Shown: positions 63,307 through 64,000 of the stretch, piece after piece
How the letters are laid out: each line of letters starts with the position of its first letter
How positions within the stretch are numbered: the first letter of the stretch is position 1
DNA from: Gammaproteobacteria bacterium
GTDB taxonomy: Bacteria; Pseudomonadota; Gammaproteobacteria; Pseudomonadales; Azotimanducaceae
Reading direction: 5' to 3'
Assembly: GCA_026706665.1 (NCBI GenBank)
Contig: JAPOYI010000114.1
Span: 7,268-71,267 of the forward strand
DNA: 64,000 nucleotides
Made by a program: the position numbers and the translations under genes
Notes under the pieces: generated by a model
Told to the model about the DNA's origin: nothing
Databases searched by the model: none
Seen by the model: the letters and a program-made list of their open reading frames with translations, nothing else

Positions 63307-63948
63307 TTAGCCAGGGGCTGGCACCGAAGCCGCCACAGATTTGAACCCCTTTTCTGTCTTCTCCAACAGAATGCGTCGGTACGCCACTTGAGTTGGAGTC
63401 ACTAAGGTGTGTCGGTAGAGTTCATCAACCCAGCCGGCGAGTTCACCACTTGCCTTACATGCACCTGGACTCATTCGAAGGTGGTCCGATAGTTTCACGG
63501 CGACTCCGCGCCTTGTCGTTGCGAGCACATGGAAGGCGATGGAGGAGGCACTATCCTTGGTTAGGGTGAGGCTCCACGTCTGCTCACCTCGTCGGCGTAC
63601 GCGCAACTTGGCGTTGCAGTCTGGCACACCGATTCGATGGTCGATCGAATAGAACGCAAAAAGCCAGGCTCGGCGCCGAATTTTGGTTGTGATTCTCACA
63701 CAGGAATCTCGGGACTTTGCGCAGCGCGACACGCGCAGGTCAGAGATGATGTTCGGGCCATTGGGAATGTCTAGGCGTTCAAGCACCAGCACCGGTTCTA
63801 GTGGTGCGGATGGACTATCCCTTTCGACGTGACTGGCCTCTTTTGTCGAGGTCTGGATGTCCGTATTGGACACTTGTAGGTCCCCCGGGTCAGAGAAGCG
63901 CTCGGGTTCGCCAGAAGAGGGCTCTAGAGTTACGGTACTCTCTTCCAC
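63307..63948 (-). CDS. hypothetical protein (possibly 5'-incomplete; frame stays open to the window edge)
   Basis: 213-codon ORF from GTG 63948. The same frame has no stop up to 64000. The N-terminus is acidic and Ser-rich. No recognisable domain. Confidence 0.35.
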   Translation of the reverse strand: MEESTVTLEPSSGEPERFSDPGDLQVSNTDIQTSTKEASHVERDSPSAPLEPVLVLERLDIPNGPNIISDLRVSRCAKSRDSCVRITTKIRRRAWLFAFYSIDHRIGVPDCNAKLRVRRRGEQTWSLTLTKDSASSIAFHVLATTRRGVAVKLSDHLRMSPGACKASGELAGWVDELYRHTLVTPTQVAYRRILLEKTEKGFKSVAASVPAPG

Positions 63949-64000
63949 GGAGTCAGGAATGTCTTCTGACGCAATGCTGTCGGAGGCTCGTGGCTTCTCA

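Overview
High-GC chromosomal segment from a Gram-negative bacterium (lpxL, hldE, lipoprotein cytochrome c5), probably an environmental or marine proteobacterium. No rRNA, tRNA, CRISPR array, transposase or integrase was recognised. Most of the window is metabolic and transport genes: bioD-bioA; a Yej-like peptide importer with two tandem binding-protein paralogues; a dgcN-dgcA-type D-glutamate module with a class IV aminotransferase; ahcY; a complete Opp/Dpp-type ABC operon; a D-aminoacylase; three family III CoA-transferases; two Rieske oxygenases; a sulfatase; and LLM, AKR and FAD oxidoreductases. Findings of most interest: (1) A tightly coupled three-gene operon of an SNF2 helicase, an Mre11/SbcD-like phosphoesterase and a roughly 1050-aa Rad50/SbcC-like coiled-coil ATPase without a zinc hook (17.8-25.1 kb). 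I cannot assign it to a named repair or defence system. (2) Two selenoprotein genes hidden by in-frame UGA codons: a SelW/Rdx-like CxxU protein at 26865..27086 and a UGSC-motif protein at 49164..49682. (3) An orphan 56-aa peptide with a colicin-V-like double-glycine leader. (4) Accessory modules: a toxin-first RelE/ParE-XRE pair, a 19-bp perfect palindrome, two AAA_14/DUF4143 ATPases, a MoxR-VWA pair, a nucleotidyltransferase-fold pair with a 59-nt dual-coding overlap, phased TTGCAA iterons, and a more AT-rich terminal island with an SDH-type Clp-fold serine protease. (5) A perfect 93-bp tandem repeat inside a DUF1640-like gene. (6) Several decayed genes: Fic, VOC, CoA-transferase, SDR, APH-like and MOSC-like. 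All calls come from reading the translations and DNA by eye. No database search was run.
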